Below are positions 9,829 through 18,730 of a DNA stretch of 32,697 bases, piece after piece. The notes under the pieces were generated by a model. It made no database searches, was not told the origin of the DNA, and saw only the letters and a list, made by a program, of their open reading frames with translations. The stretch covers positions 1 through 32,697 of the forward strand of contig CAVFTG010000001.1 of assembly GCA_963625415.1 (NCBI GenBank), given 5' to 3'. This DNA comes from Barnesiella intestinihominis (GTDB taxonomy: Bacteria; Bacteroidota; Bacteroidia; Bacteroidales; UBA932). Positions within the stretch are counted from its first letter, which is position 1; the number at the start of each line of letters is the position of its first letter. Position numbers and translations under genes: made by a program.

Positions 9829-9870
9829 TTCGGGGATATGTCCATAGTCTTGGGCATATCCCCGAATTTT
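9829..9870 (+). terminator. Probable intrinsic terminator of the susC operon
   Basis: 16-bp stem TTCGGGGATATGTCCA / TGGGCATATCCCCGAA (one G-U pair), 6-nt loop, followed by TTTT. Confidence 0.75.
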
Positions 9871-9872
9871 CA

Positions 9873-9880
9873 TATTTTTG
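9873..9880 (+). promoter_or_regulatory. -7 promoter element for the SusR-like regulator
   Basis: TATTTTTG matches TAnnTTTG, right after the terminator and 51 nt before ATG 9932. Confidence 0.55.
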
Positions 9881-9931
9881 TTCTCCGAAAACCGGAGTCC
9901 CGCCCTTCGGGACGACTTCGGCAACCACATA

Positions 9932-11590
9932 ATGACCGCACAGCAGATGAACACGCTTCGCCGCACGATATTTCTCATTTTTTGCGCCCTTCCCCTTTTT
10001 TCGTGCTCGCCCCGGGAGGACAGCGCACTTCTCGAAAAACTTGACGAGGTTCTCGCCGACAAGGAGGTCTATGACGGGTATTTTCTGGACGGGGTGCAGG
10101 TTCTGAAGGACGTGCTTTCCTCTCAGACCGATCCGGAGCAGATTTACGGCATGAACCTGAGGATTGCGGAGGCATACCGGCAGTTCAGTCTCGATTCCGC
10201 GGTCGCGTATCTCGAAAGGAACAGAAGTCTGGCGGAAAGTATGGGCGACATGGCTAAAGTCGCGGAGTCGGATTTCAGGACGGCGGGGGTCTATGTCAAG
10301 GCCGGCCGTCAGGTCGAGGCGGACGACATTCTGCAGCGCTATCGCGGAAAGGCGATTCCTGAAGGCGCTCTCATGGACTACTACGATGCCGAGCACACCT
10401 ATTGGGGCGAGACGATGGCATACACCTCCACCAGTGAATCTTATGAGGACAAACTCGTCAGGCGCGACGCTTTCCGGGGGCTGCTGCTGTCGATGACGGA
10501 AGAAGGGACATGGGAATGGTACAATCTCAAGAGGGAGGAGGCTGAAGAGGCGGGCGATGCCGAGGCTTTCAGGAAGTGTGCGAAGGGGATGCTCGAATGC
10601 AGTCAGGAGAATTCCCGCAAATATGCCGAGGCGGCGTATTTCTATGCCCACAGTTTCGGGAAAGCCGACGCTGCCGCATGCGAAGAATGGCTGATACGCT
10701 CGGCAATCGCGGACGTGATGTGCGCGACTAAGGACTATGCCTCGCTGAACCAGCTGTCGTGGATAATCTTCGACAAGGGCGACATCGACAGGGCTTTCCG
10801 CTATGCCGCCGACCACTGCATGCCGGACGCCCTCCACTACAACGGCAAACTGCGGCCGTGGCAGATTCTGATGTTCTTCCCCGAAATCGAGAAGGCCTAT
10901 CAGCAGAAGCACGCCCGCCAGAGCCGGTACACTTTCGCCCTTCTCATGTGCATCTCGGCTCTGTCCGTCATCATGCTGCTCCTCCTTGTGTTTCTCTACC
11001 GGCGTCAGCAGATTCTGGACTCTATGAGGGCGAAACTTCAGGAATCCTACCTCGACATTGACAGCAGGAATCACGAGCTTGTGGCGGTGAACAGCCGGCT
11101 CGTGAGCCTCAACGCGAAGATGCAGGAGTCGGACAAGGTGAAGCAGGAGTACATCACGCTGTTCCTCGGGATGGTTTCGGACAACATCAGCGCCTCGCGG
11201 CAGTACCGCAACAAGGTGCTCAAATACATCAGGCAGGGGAAGACCAAGGTTCTGACGGACGAAATCGAGAGCCTCGCGCCGGTGGACGACGACATACTTG
11301 AGTTCTACAGGATTTTCGACCAGACTTTCGTCAATCTCTATCCGTATTTTGTCGCCAGGTTCAACGCCCTGCTGGCCGAAGGTTCCGAGATTGTCCCCAA
11401 GGGCGATGACATCCTGACTCCGGAACTGAGGATTTTCGCGCTGATAAAGCTCGGAATCACTGAGTCGAGCCGCATAGCCTCGCTTCTGCACTATTCGGCG
11501 AATACGATTTACAACTACCGGGCGAAAATCAAGAATCGCGCACGGGGCTCCCGGGAATCTTTTGAGGAGGCGGTGCGCAATCTGGAGTGA
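9932..11590 (+). CDS. SusR-like membrane-spanning transcriptional regulator (DUF6377 family)
   Basis: Signal/TM segment, helical periplasmic domain, TM helix (FALLMCISALSVIMLLLLVFLY), coiled coil, FD.TF..LYP.FV..FN and TPELRIFALIKLGITES..IA..LHYS.NTIYNYR HTH. Start is ATG 9932 or 9947. Confidence 0.9.
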   Translation: MTAQQMNTLRRTIFLIFCALPLFSCSPREDSALLEKLDEVLADKEVYDGYFLDGVQVLKDVLSSQTDPEQIYGMNLRIAEAYRQFSLDSAVAYLERNRSLAESMGDMAKVAESDFRTAGVYVKAGRQVEADDILQRYRGKAIPEGALMDYYDAEHTYWGETMAYTSTSESYEDKLVRRDAFRGLLLSMTEEGTWEWYNLKREEAEEAGDAEAFRKCAKGMLECSQENSRKYAEAAYFYAHSFGKADAAACEEWLIRSAIADVMCATKDYASLNQLSWIIFDKGDIDRAFRYAADHCMPDALHYNGKLRPWQILMFFPEIEKAYQQKHARQSRYTFALLMCISALSVIMLLLLVFLYRRQQILDSMRAKLQESYLDIDSRNHELVAVNSRLVSLNAKMQESDKVKQEYITLFLGMVSDNISASRQYRNKVLKYIRQGKTKVLTDEIESLAPVDDDILEFYRIFDQTFVNLYPYFVARFNALLAEGSEIVPKGDDILTPELRIFALIKLGITESSRIASLLHYSANTIYNYRAKIKNRARGSRESFEEAVRNLE

Positions 11591-11625
11591 GACGGCCGTG
11601 TCGGAACGATATGGAATGAGAGAAA

Positions 11626-12789
11626 ATGGATATGGTGACGGACGATATGATGCCAAGTGATATGATGTCCGGTGACATGACCCCCGACGATATGATGCCG
11701 GATGGTCTGTTCGCCCCGGGCAGACGCTACAACGCCTATGTGGACTTTTTCCGCAGGCGCTACGGGGCGCGGCTTCAGAAGGTGGTGATTGACGCGGGGT
11801 TCACCTGTCCGAACAGGGACGGGAAGGTCGGCCGCGGCGGCTGCACTTTCTGTGACAACGCGGCATTCCATCCCGCCTACAGCCGTGCGGAGAAGACGGT
11901 GGGGGAGCAGATTGACGAGGGGATTGAATTCCATCACGGGCGCTACCGCAGCACGGCGGCCTATCTCGCTTATTTCCAAGCCTATTCAAACACATACGCG
12001 AGTCTGGAGAGACTTCGTGAACTCTACCTTGCGGCTCTTGCGCATCCGTCGGTGGTGGGAATCGTAATCGGCACGCGCCCGGACTGCGTGGACGGGGAGA
12101 AACTGGATTTTCTTCAGGAACTCGCCTCGGGGAGGGCGCTTGAGGGCTGGCGGCGTGAGATTCCCCGCCGGACAGATTCCCGTCATGTTTTCCGTCAGGC
12201 CGGATGCGGCTCCGCTTCGGAGGTTCTCCGGGACTGTGGGGAGGCGGGGAGTGCGGAAAGTGCCGCCCCGCTTGTGCTGGAGGCTCCTGTGGTGATTGTG
12301 GAATATGGCATCGAGTCCTGTCATGACGAAACTCTGCGCCGTGTGAACCGGGGGCACGACTTCGCGTCGGCGCGAGAGGCTGTGGAGATGACCGCCGAAC
12401 GCGGACTGGACTGCGGGGCGCATTTCATCCTCGGACTGCCCGGCGAGACCAGGGAGATGATGCTTGAAGACTGTGCGGTTATAAACTCCCTGCCTCTGAC
12501 CACGGTGAAGTTCCATCAGCTGCAGATTGTGCGGGGCACCGCCATGGAGCGGGAATATGCCGACCGTCCCGAAGACTTCGTCCGTTTCACGCTCGACGGC
12601 TACATAGACTTCTTCATCGACATGCTCGAACGCCTCCGCCCCGACCTCTGCATTGAGCGTTTCGCCGGCGAAGTCCCTCCGCGCTTCGTGAAAGAGACCC
12701 CATGGGGACTCATCCGCAACACGGAACTGCTCCGCCTGCTCGAATCCCGCCTCTCAGCCCGCCGGACCTGGCAGGGCCGTCTGCTGTGA
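11626..12789 (+). CDS. TIGR01212 (YhcC-like) radical SAM protein
   Basis: DAGFTCPNRDG..GGCTFCDN atypical Cys motif, YFQAYSNTY, IGTRPDC, EYGIES, NRGH, HFILGLPGE, KFHQLQIVRGT. The true start may be a later ATG within the N-terminal repeat. Confidence 0.92.
   Translation: MDMVTDDMMPSDMMSGDMTPDDMMPDGLFAPGRRYNAYVDFFRRRYGARLQKVVIDAGFTCPNRDGKVGRGGCTFCDNAAFHPAYSRAEKTVGEQIDEGIEFHHGRYRSTAAYLAYFQAYSNTYASLERLRELYLAALAHPSVVGIVIGTRPDCVDGEKLDFLQELASGRALEGWRREIPRRTDSRHVFRQAGCGSASEVLRDCGEAGSAESAAPLVLEAPVVIVEYGIESCHDETLRRVNRGHDFASAREAVEMTAERGLDCGAHFILGLPGETREMMLEDCAVINSLPLTTVKFHQLQIVRGTAMEREYADRPEDFVRFTLDGYIDFFIDMLERLRPDLCIERFAGEVPPRFVKETPWGLIRNTELLRLLESRLSARRTWQGRLL
11629..11703 (+). repeat. Five degenerate 15-bp tandem units (GAYATGRY...)
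   Basis: GATATGGTGACGGAC / GATATGATGCCAAGT / GATATGATGTCCGGT / GACATGACCCCCGAC / GATATGATGCCGGAT. Confidence 0.85.
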
Positions 12790-12794
12790 GACTG

Positions 12795-13928
12795 CTATTT
12801 CTCGCAGATGCGGCAGAAGTTGCTGTAGTTTTCGAAGATTTTGTCAACATAGGCCGCGACGGACGAATCGACATTCCTCGTTCCTGCCTCCGGGGTCGAG
12901 GCCACGGCCGCTGAATCGATGTCCGCACGGAGAGCGGAGTCGAGGCCGGCACGGAGACCGTCTATGGCCGCTGAATCGATGTCCGCCTGAAGCGCTGAGT
13001 CCGACGGTTCGTCACCGGAGCTGTCGTTGAGGTGGCGCAGCACCCTTGTCTCCCCGGCATTGTAGGACGCGAAGACATACCTCAGACGCTCCTCCCCGGA
13101 GGCATATTTCCGGAAAAGACGGTCGAGATGGCCGAGATAGCTTGCTCCGGCCCGGATGTTCTCCTCCGGGTCGAGCACATTCTGCACGCCGTAGGTCCTG
13201 GCGGTCAGAGGCATGAGCTGCATCAGCCCCTTTGCGCCGGCGGACGAGGTGACGTTGATGGCGAACTTCGACTCGGTGTAGATTACTGCGGCGAGCATTC
13301 TCCAGTCCCAGCCTATCGAATCCGCCCATGCGCGGATGGTGCTGTCGTAGGGGCTGAGCTGCCGCCTTTCCCTGAAAGCCTTGTGCGGGCGGGCGGAGGA
13401 GGTCATGAGGCGGAAGCGTTCGAGCATCTCTCCGAATTCCTCCCGGCCGGTGTAGTCGCCTATCCACGAATTCACGCGGCGCATCTCCGCCTTTTCTCCG
13501 CTGCGCATGACCCAGCACAGCTCCCTGCAGACCGGGCGCGACTTCGCCACGCTGTCAACATGGCTGACATGGAGCACCGAGTCGAACTTCGGCAGCACGA
13601 CGATGTCCGCAGCTCCGCTCCTGAGCGAGTCGAGACTGTTCTCCCTGCGGGTGAATGCGCGAATCCGGACTTCGCAACTGTTCTCTGATGCGAAGTCCTT
13701 CAGCATCTCATAGCTGAGCCCCGCATAGAGAATGTCCCCGTCGAGCCTGTAGTGCCCGAAATCCAGCACGCACTCGAAGACTCTCCCCTCAAGCGGGTTC
13801 TGACGGTGACGGGACGCAAGAGTGTAGGCGCACCACACGGCGGCGGCGACTGCGGCCGCACCGGCAAGTCCTGCAAGGAAAGTCACGAGTTCCCTGCGGC
13901 GTTGTCTGTCATCACTTCTGTGCTGCAT
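12795..13928 (-). CDS. MltF-like lytic transglycosylase (degenerate substrate-binding domain + SLT domain)
   Basis: N-terminal TM helix; G.SYEML..FA; SPYD..IR....IGWDWRMLAAVIYTESKF (catalytic Glu), GAKGLMQLMP, ASYNAG. Confidence 0.85.
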   Translation of the reverse strand: MQHRSDDRQRRRELVTFLAGLAGAAAVAAAVWCAYTLASRHRQNPLEGRVFECVLDFGHYRLDGDILYAGLSYEMLKDFASENSCEVRIRAFTRRENSLDSLRSGAADIVVLPKFDSVLHVSHVDSVAKSRPVCRELCWVMRSGEKAEMRRVNSWIGDYTGREEFGEMLERFRLMTSSARPHKAFRERRQLSPYDSTIRAWADSIGWDWRMLAAVIYTESKFAINVTSSAGAKGLMQLMPLTARTYGVQNVLDPEENIRAGASYLGHLDRLFRKYASGEERLRYVFASYNAGETRVLRHLNDSSGDEPSDSALQADIDSAAIDGLRAGLDSALRADIDSAAVASTPEAGTRNVDSSVAAYVDKIFENYSNFCRICEK

Positions 13929-16602
13929 TGTTCAGTGCGCTTCGGCCGCCGGAGACTCCCCCGGTCATCTGGCCTCCGGAGGAAGCCTTGCCGTTTTTGT
14001 TCGGTGAAATGTAGAACGGCCAGAATATGCCGATTTTTATGGCTCTCTGCGTGTAGATGTTTCCGTGTGCCGTGAAATAATCCTTCGACTCCATCGGCCA
14101 TCCCTGTCCGGCATTCATGAACTTTATGAAAATGCAGGCTTTGTACCACTGGATGTTGATGAACGCGTCGTAATAAGGGCAGTTGCCGTATTTCTGCTGA
14201 TTCTGGTTGTACCACACGCCGAGCACGGGGTTGTAGCCCTGGGCGTACCACGATGTCGTGAAATAGGTGTTCAGCCCGATCTGCATCTCCATCACATTCT
14301 TCACGACCGGGAACTGGAGATACCACCGCAGGTTCAGCGCGAGCATCGGGAGCGGAAGGACATCCGTGTTCGAAGACAGCTGGAACAGAGCCTGGTTGTC
14401 GAGATGAATCTTCCAGAAAGTGAAGTTCTTCTTGAGATATGCGCTCATCACGCTCATCGCGTCTCCGTTCTGGCGGACGACGCCCGTGCTGTCGTAGTAG
14501 AGATTGTTCGCGAGCAGGGCGTAGCCGAACGATGCGGTGAGATTCCACCTCGGGATGTCGAGTTCGCCGAAAATCTTCGTCGCGGAGGTCTTGCCGAAAC
14601 TGTTGCTCCACTTGAAGTGGTTGGTGAGCAGGTTCTGCTGGTAGAAATCGGGTTCCTTGAGACCGGTCTCGAAATGGACTTTGAGGTCTATGGGGCTGGA
14701 CCTGTCGAGTCTGAACGGATAGAAACTGAACTTCATGTTCGCGTCGACACGGAAGTCATTGACCTCATATCCCGCAAACGAATATCTTCCCGTCGCGTCC
14801 CATTCGACATATTTCTTTATCTTTCCGTTCGCCCCGGCATAGACATAGGCCGAATTGAGGTAGCTGTTCTTCAGTTTTCCGGAAATATACAGATCCTTGC
14901 TGAAAAGGTAGTACGACGCGAGTTTGTCTCCGATTCCGACATCTATCTTCGAGACTGCGGCGTCGCTCGCCCACGGCTGAAGACGCATGAACACCTTGTT
15001 GTCGAGACGCAGCGTCCTCAGGGAATCGGCCGATGCCGTCGGGTTCAGATAGAACGCGTCGTTGAAGAATGTCGACGCTTCGGGATTCGACGTCCCGATT
15101 TCGTCGGTATATTTTTTCGTGTATATGTCGAGCGTGCTGCTGTGTCCTATATATGCCGAGGTCATGTCTTTGTCGAGACTGTCGGCGGAATAGGTGAAGG
15201 TGCTGTCCCTTTTCGCCTTCATCCTGTTTATGAAGCTGAACGGGATGCGGAAGGTCTGGTCGAGGAAAAGAGTGTTCTTCTTCAGCTCGTTGGAGGCGTT
15301 GTGCAGGTTCACCGCGAGTTCGCGTGCGTCGAGCGTGGTGTCGCGTATCATCGAAATGTCGGTGACTCCTCCGTTCTCGCTCTTGGTTATCTTGTTGTGT
15401 ATGAAGCCGGTGTGCATCATGTACTTCTTTCCGAGCCAGTTGAGCCCAACGACCGCGTTGCTGTTGGTCACGTCCTCCCTCTGGAGCATTCCCTTGCCTC
15501 CGAACTTGTAGAATCCGAGGGTGAGATTGAGCTGCGGGAGTATGTTCTGCGAAGTCCACACCCTGACGTTCATCTCCTCCTTCTCGTCCTTGGCGAAGAG
15601 CGTTCCCCAGTAGGCGAGTTCGGTGTAGGGGGTCTTGGTGTTGTACTGCGGAAGGGTTGAGGCGGAGTAGCTGTAGTCTCGGTAAGGAGTGTAGAATATG
15701 GCGTTGTCCTCCTCCTCGCGCTTGAAGAAGTTGTAGTACTGGGTCGCCGAGCCGCTCACGCCCTGCCATGTGACGTTCACGTCATTGCGGAGCTGCGGGA
15801 TGTCGTTGAACCAGTAATTGAAGGTCGTGTCCTGCTTTATGTATTTGAACTGCTGGAAGTCTTGGTCGACGTTCCAGAGGACTATCCTCCTGTACTGCAG
15901 GGAGTCGGGGAATGCGAACGTTTCGAGTATGCGGGGCGTGTTCTCGCGGACGCTGTCTTTGTAGGCCTTGATGCTGTCCTGACGGTGCATGATGCTGTCG
16001 GAGCGGTGCATGAGGATGGGAAGCTGCTGCTTGTAGTCGTATCTCTTGCGTTCCTTGCGGCTGAGGCTCCTGTACCATTTGTCGAAGGCGATCCGGGCGA
16101 TTTCGGTGGAGTCGCTGACATAGAGGGAGTCGAGTCTCGCCAGTTCGAGGGTGTCGCCTGCGGCGAGCAGCGTGTCGCGGGTGTAGGCGCGGGTGGCCGA
16201 GTCGCGCAGGGCGATGAAGTACTTGAACTTGAAAGGGTCCTTGAACTCGAGCGAGTCGGGGATGCGGATGGTGTCCGCCGGGTTTATCGGCGCCTGTTCC
16301 GCTCTGTCGGAAGCCGTGGCGAGGCTGTCTTTGCCGCCGGTGCTGTCCGAGACGGAGTTCAGGAGGCTGTCAGAGACAAGTTTGAGACTGTCTGTTCCGG
16401 AAAGTCTCAAACTGTCGGCTCCGGATGGAACGACGCTGTCTTTCAGAGCGGCGGCGGAACTGTCCGTCATGAGAAGCCTTTCAAGGGAATCGGCCGTGCG
16501 CCGCACGGGCACGCCGCGCCCCGCGTCGGTCCCGAACAGACGGAACCCCGCGAACGCCACGACCAGCAGCGGCAGCCATATTTTCTTTATCCCCTTACTC
16601 AT
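13912..16602 (-). CDS. Putative outer-membrane porin (Bacteroidota 'putative porin' family)
   Basis: 896 aa; signal peptide; YNTKTPYTELAY, SENGG, Q..GNCPYYDAFIN..YKACIFIKFMN motifs; amphipathic aromatic beta-strands. Confidence 0.75.
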   Translation of the reverse strand: MSKGIKKIWLPLLVVAFAGFRLFGTDAGRGVPVRRTADSLERLLMTDSSAAALKDSVVPSGADSLRLSGTDSLKLVSDSLLNSVSDSTGGKDSLATASDRAEQAPINPADTIRIPDSLEFKDPFKFKYFIALRDSATRAYTRDTLLAAGDTLELARLDSLYVSDSTEIARIAFDKWYRSLSRKERKRYDYKQQLPILMHRSDSIMHRQDSIKAYKDSVRENTPRILETFAFPDSLQYRRIVLWNVDQDFQQFKYIKQDTTFNYWFNDIPQLRNDVNVTWQGVSGSATQYYNFFKREEEDNAIFYTPYRDYSYSASTLPQYNTKTPYTELAYWGTLFAKDEKEEMNVRVWTSQNILPQLNLTLGFYKFGGKGMLQREDVTNSNAVVGLNWLGKKYMMHTGFIHNKITKSENGGVTDISMIRDTTLDARELAVNLHNASNELKKNTLFLDQTFRIPFSFINRMKAKRDSTFTYSADSLDKDMTSAYIGHSSTLDIYTKKYTDEIGTSNPEASTFFNDAFYLNPTASADSLRTLRLDNKVFMRLQPWASDAAVSKIDVGIGDKLASYYLFSKDLYISGKLKNSYLNSAYVYAGANGKIKKYVEWDATGRYSFAGYEVNDFRVDANMKFSFYPFRLDRSSPIDLKVHFETGLKEPDFYQQNLLTNHFKWSNSFGKTSATKIFGELDIPRWNLTASFGYALLANNLYYDSTGVVRQNGDAMSVMSAYLKKNFTFWKIHLDNQALFQLSSNTDVLPLPMLALNLRWYLQFPVVKNVMEMQIGLNTYFTTSWYAQGYNPVLGVWYNQNQQKYGNCPYYDAFINIQWYKACIFIKFMNAGQGWPMESKDYFTAHGNIYTQRAIKIGIFWPFYISPNKNGKASSGGQMTGGVSGGRSALNNAAQK

Positions 16603-17194
16603 CAGTCATATCTATGCCTTTGGCCTCCATCTCCTTGAGAGCCTTGCGGTGGCCCTCCTCGCTGACATATGCAAGCGCCTTCGTCAGCAGCCTCACCTTG
16701 AAGCCCGCCTTGAGCAGATCCTCGCAGGTGTTGCGGACGCAGAATTCGGTCGCGATTCCGCAGACATGGACTTCCCGCACGTCGAGCAGTTCAAGAATCT
16801 CGCCGAGCGACTGCCCCGCGCTGTTCCGCCCCTCGAAACCGGAGTACTGTTCGCAGTCCCTGTCGCAGCCCTTGTCGAAGGTAAGCTCCTCGCTCACATA
16901 GGGTTTCAGGGCTTCGTGAATCTCGCCGCCCCTGGTCTCCGCCACGCAGTGAACCGGCCATGTCCCGCCGAAACCGGTGAATGAACAGTGGTCTGCCGGA
17001 TGGTGGTCGCGAACGAACAGAATCGGGAAGGTGTCGAGAATCTCGACTTCCCCGTCCCCCTCCTGACCGTCCGTGTGCCTGTCGATGAAGCGCAGCGTCT
17101 CCTTCACGGCGTTGTCAGCGTTGATGCAGGCGAGCGAGCCGTCTATGAAATCGTAGAGTTCGTCCACGACGACGAGTGCCGTATTCTTTTCCAT
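16595..17194 (-). CDS. pncA: Nicotinamidase/pyrazinamidase (isochorismatase family)
   Basis: ALVVVD..DFIDGSL, RDHHPADHCSF, WPVHCV, KG, YSGF, CGIATEFCV catalytic Cys; adjacent to pncB. Confidence 0.9.
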   Translation of the reverse strand: MEKNTALVVVDELYDFIDGSLACINADNAVKETLRFIDRHTDGQEGDGEVEILDTFPILFVRDHHPADHCSFTGFGGTWPVHCVAETRGGEIHEALKPYVSEELTFDKGCDRDCEQYSGFEGRNSAGQSLGEILELLDVREVHVCGIATEFCVRNTCEDLLKAGFKVRLLTKALAYVSEEGHRKALKEMEAKGIDMTDE

Positions 17195-17198
17195 ATGC

Positions 17199-18692
17199 TC
17201 AGATTTCCTTGAATTCGTTGATTTCTTTCACGAGACGGTTGATGATTTCGTTTTTCTTCGCGCTCAGGTCGTCGGAAATGTCCACTTTGTAGTAGTGCGG
17301 ATTTATCAGACGCCTCTCCGAAGGGCTGAAATGCATCAGGGTGTTCCTGTAATATTCCCTCTTCTCCCCGAGACTGCGTTGCGGCGCGACCCTCCGTCCC
17401 TCCGCCACGGCGGGAATCTGAAGCGCAGCCGCCGTGTAGCTGCCGGCAGGGAAGGTCTTGAACTTGTAGCGGTCGTACTCGTCATAGACGGTGATTTCCT
17501 CCCCGCGCTCGATCTTTTCGCTGAGCGAATCGCCCCTGAGGCAGGTCACGTCGACCTTGAACACGTCGCCCTTCTCCTCGTCGTGTTTCAGAATGCGGTA
17601 GGTAATCTGGAATCCCGGGTTTATGAGCTTGACCTTGTCCTCGGAGCGCTTGAGCACAGGAGTGCCGTCAATCTGCACGAGCTTGTAGACATTGCCGAAG
17701 CAGGGGTTCGCCTTGCTTGTGGCGATGGCGTCGCCCACTCCGTAGCAGTCAATCGCCGCCCCCTGGCGCTCAAGGTCGCTGATGAGGTATTCGTCGAGGG
17801 AGTTCGTTGCGAAGATTTTGCAGTTCCGCAGACCGTTCTCGTCGAGTATGCGGCGGCATTCCACGGAAAGATAGGCGAGGTCGCCGCTGTCGAGGCGCAC
17901 CCCGTAGCCGAACGGGTAGCTGTCATCGATGCCGTTGGCGCGGAATGCCCTGACGGCGTTCTTGATGCCGCAGTGGAGGGTGTCGTAGGTGTCAATCAGC
18001 AGGATGAGGTTCTCGCCCTGATGGGTTTTGACGTAGGTGTCGAAAGCGTCGAACTCCCCGTGGACCGAGCATCCGAAAGTCGTGACATAGCTGTGGGCCA
18101 TGGTTCCCGTCGAACCGCAGTCGAAATAGGCTCCGGTGAGGACGTTGGAAGTGCCGGCGCAGCCCGCGATGATTGCCGCCTTGGCCCCGTAGGTCGCCGC
18201 CCACGGGCCGTGCGCCCTCCTTGAGCCGAACTCGCTGACGGGACGGTTGGTGCTTCGGCACACCCTCGAAGCCTTGGTGGCCACCGCCATCTGATGGTTC
18301 ATGATGCACAGCAGCGGGGTTTCGAGCACCTGCGCCTCGATGAGCGGCGCCTCCACGATGATCACCGGCTGATTCGGGAAGGCGATTTCGCCTTCCTTCA
18401 TCGCATAGACATCGCCCGTGAACCGCATCCCGGCAAGGTACTTCCTGAACTCGGCGTAGTCGTCGCCAGGAAGGAACTTCTCGAAGAAGGACTCCGGCTT
18501 GCCGCCCATGGAGAGAATCATCTCCACGGCCTCCTCCGTGCCGCTGACCACCGCCCAGTTGTTGTTTTCGGGAGCGACCCGGTAGAACATGTTGAACACT
18601 GCGACGGAGTTTTTCCTCCCGCTTTCATAGAAGGACTTTCCCATCGTGTACTGGTACTTGTCCGAGCAGTATGCTATGTCTGAAAAATTCAT
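17199..18692 (-). CDS. pncB: Nicotinate phosphoribosyltransferase
   Basis: DKYQYTM, QVLET.LL, ATKASR, EFGSRRAHG, GTMAHS (phospho-His), LIDTYD, GVRLDSGDL, VYKLV. Confidence 0.95.
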   Translation of the reverse strand: MNFSDIAYCSDKYQYTMGKSFYESGRKNSVAVFNMFYRVAPENNNWAVVSGTEEAVEMILSMGGKPESFFEKFLPGDDYAEFRKYLAGMRFTGDVYAMKEGEIAFPNQPVIIVEAPLIEAQVLETPLLCIMNHQMAVATKASRVCRSTNRPVSEFGSRRAHGPWAATYGAKAAIIAGCAGTSNVLTGAYFDCGSTGTMAHSYVTTFGCSVHGEFDAFDTYVKTHQGENLILLIDTYDTLHCGIKNAVRAFRANGIDDSYPFGYGVRLDSGDLAYLSVECRRILDENGLRNCKIFATNSLDEYLISDLERQGAAIDCYGVGDAIATSKANPCFGNVYKLVQIDGTPVLKRSEDKVKLINPGFQITYRILKHDEEKGDVFKVDVTCLRGDSLSEKIERGEEITVYDEYDRYKFKTFPAGSYTAAALQIPAVAEGRRVAPQRSLGEKREYYRNTLMHFSPSERRLINPHYYKVDISDDLSAKKNEIINRLVKEINEFKEI

Positions 18693-18730
18693 ATCCTGTA
18701 TCCGTTCTATGATGCTTCCGATGACGGGCT

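Noticed and set aside
9806..11656. 616-aa minus-strand ORF
   Set aside because: Antisense shadow of the SusR-like gene; no recognisable motifs; expected from strong GC3 codon bias
14065..15769. 531-aa plus-strand and 334-aa alternative-frame ORFs over the porin, and similar long shadows over susD, pncB, folP, miaB and the transporter
   Set aside because: Fully overlap well-supported genes; composition typical of off-frame translation in GC-rich DNA
18693..18730. Riboswitch or NrtR operator upstream of pncB
   Set aside because: Only 38 bp, with no palindrome or aptamer-like structure
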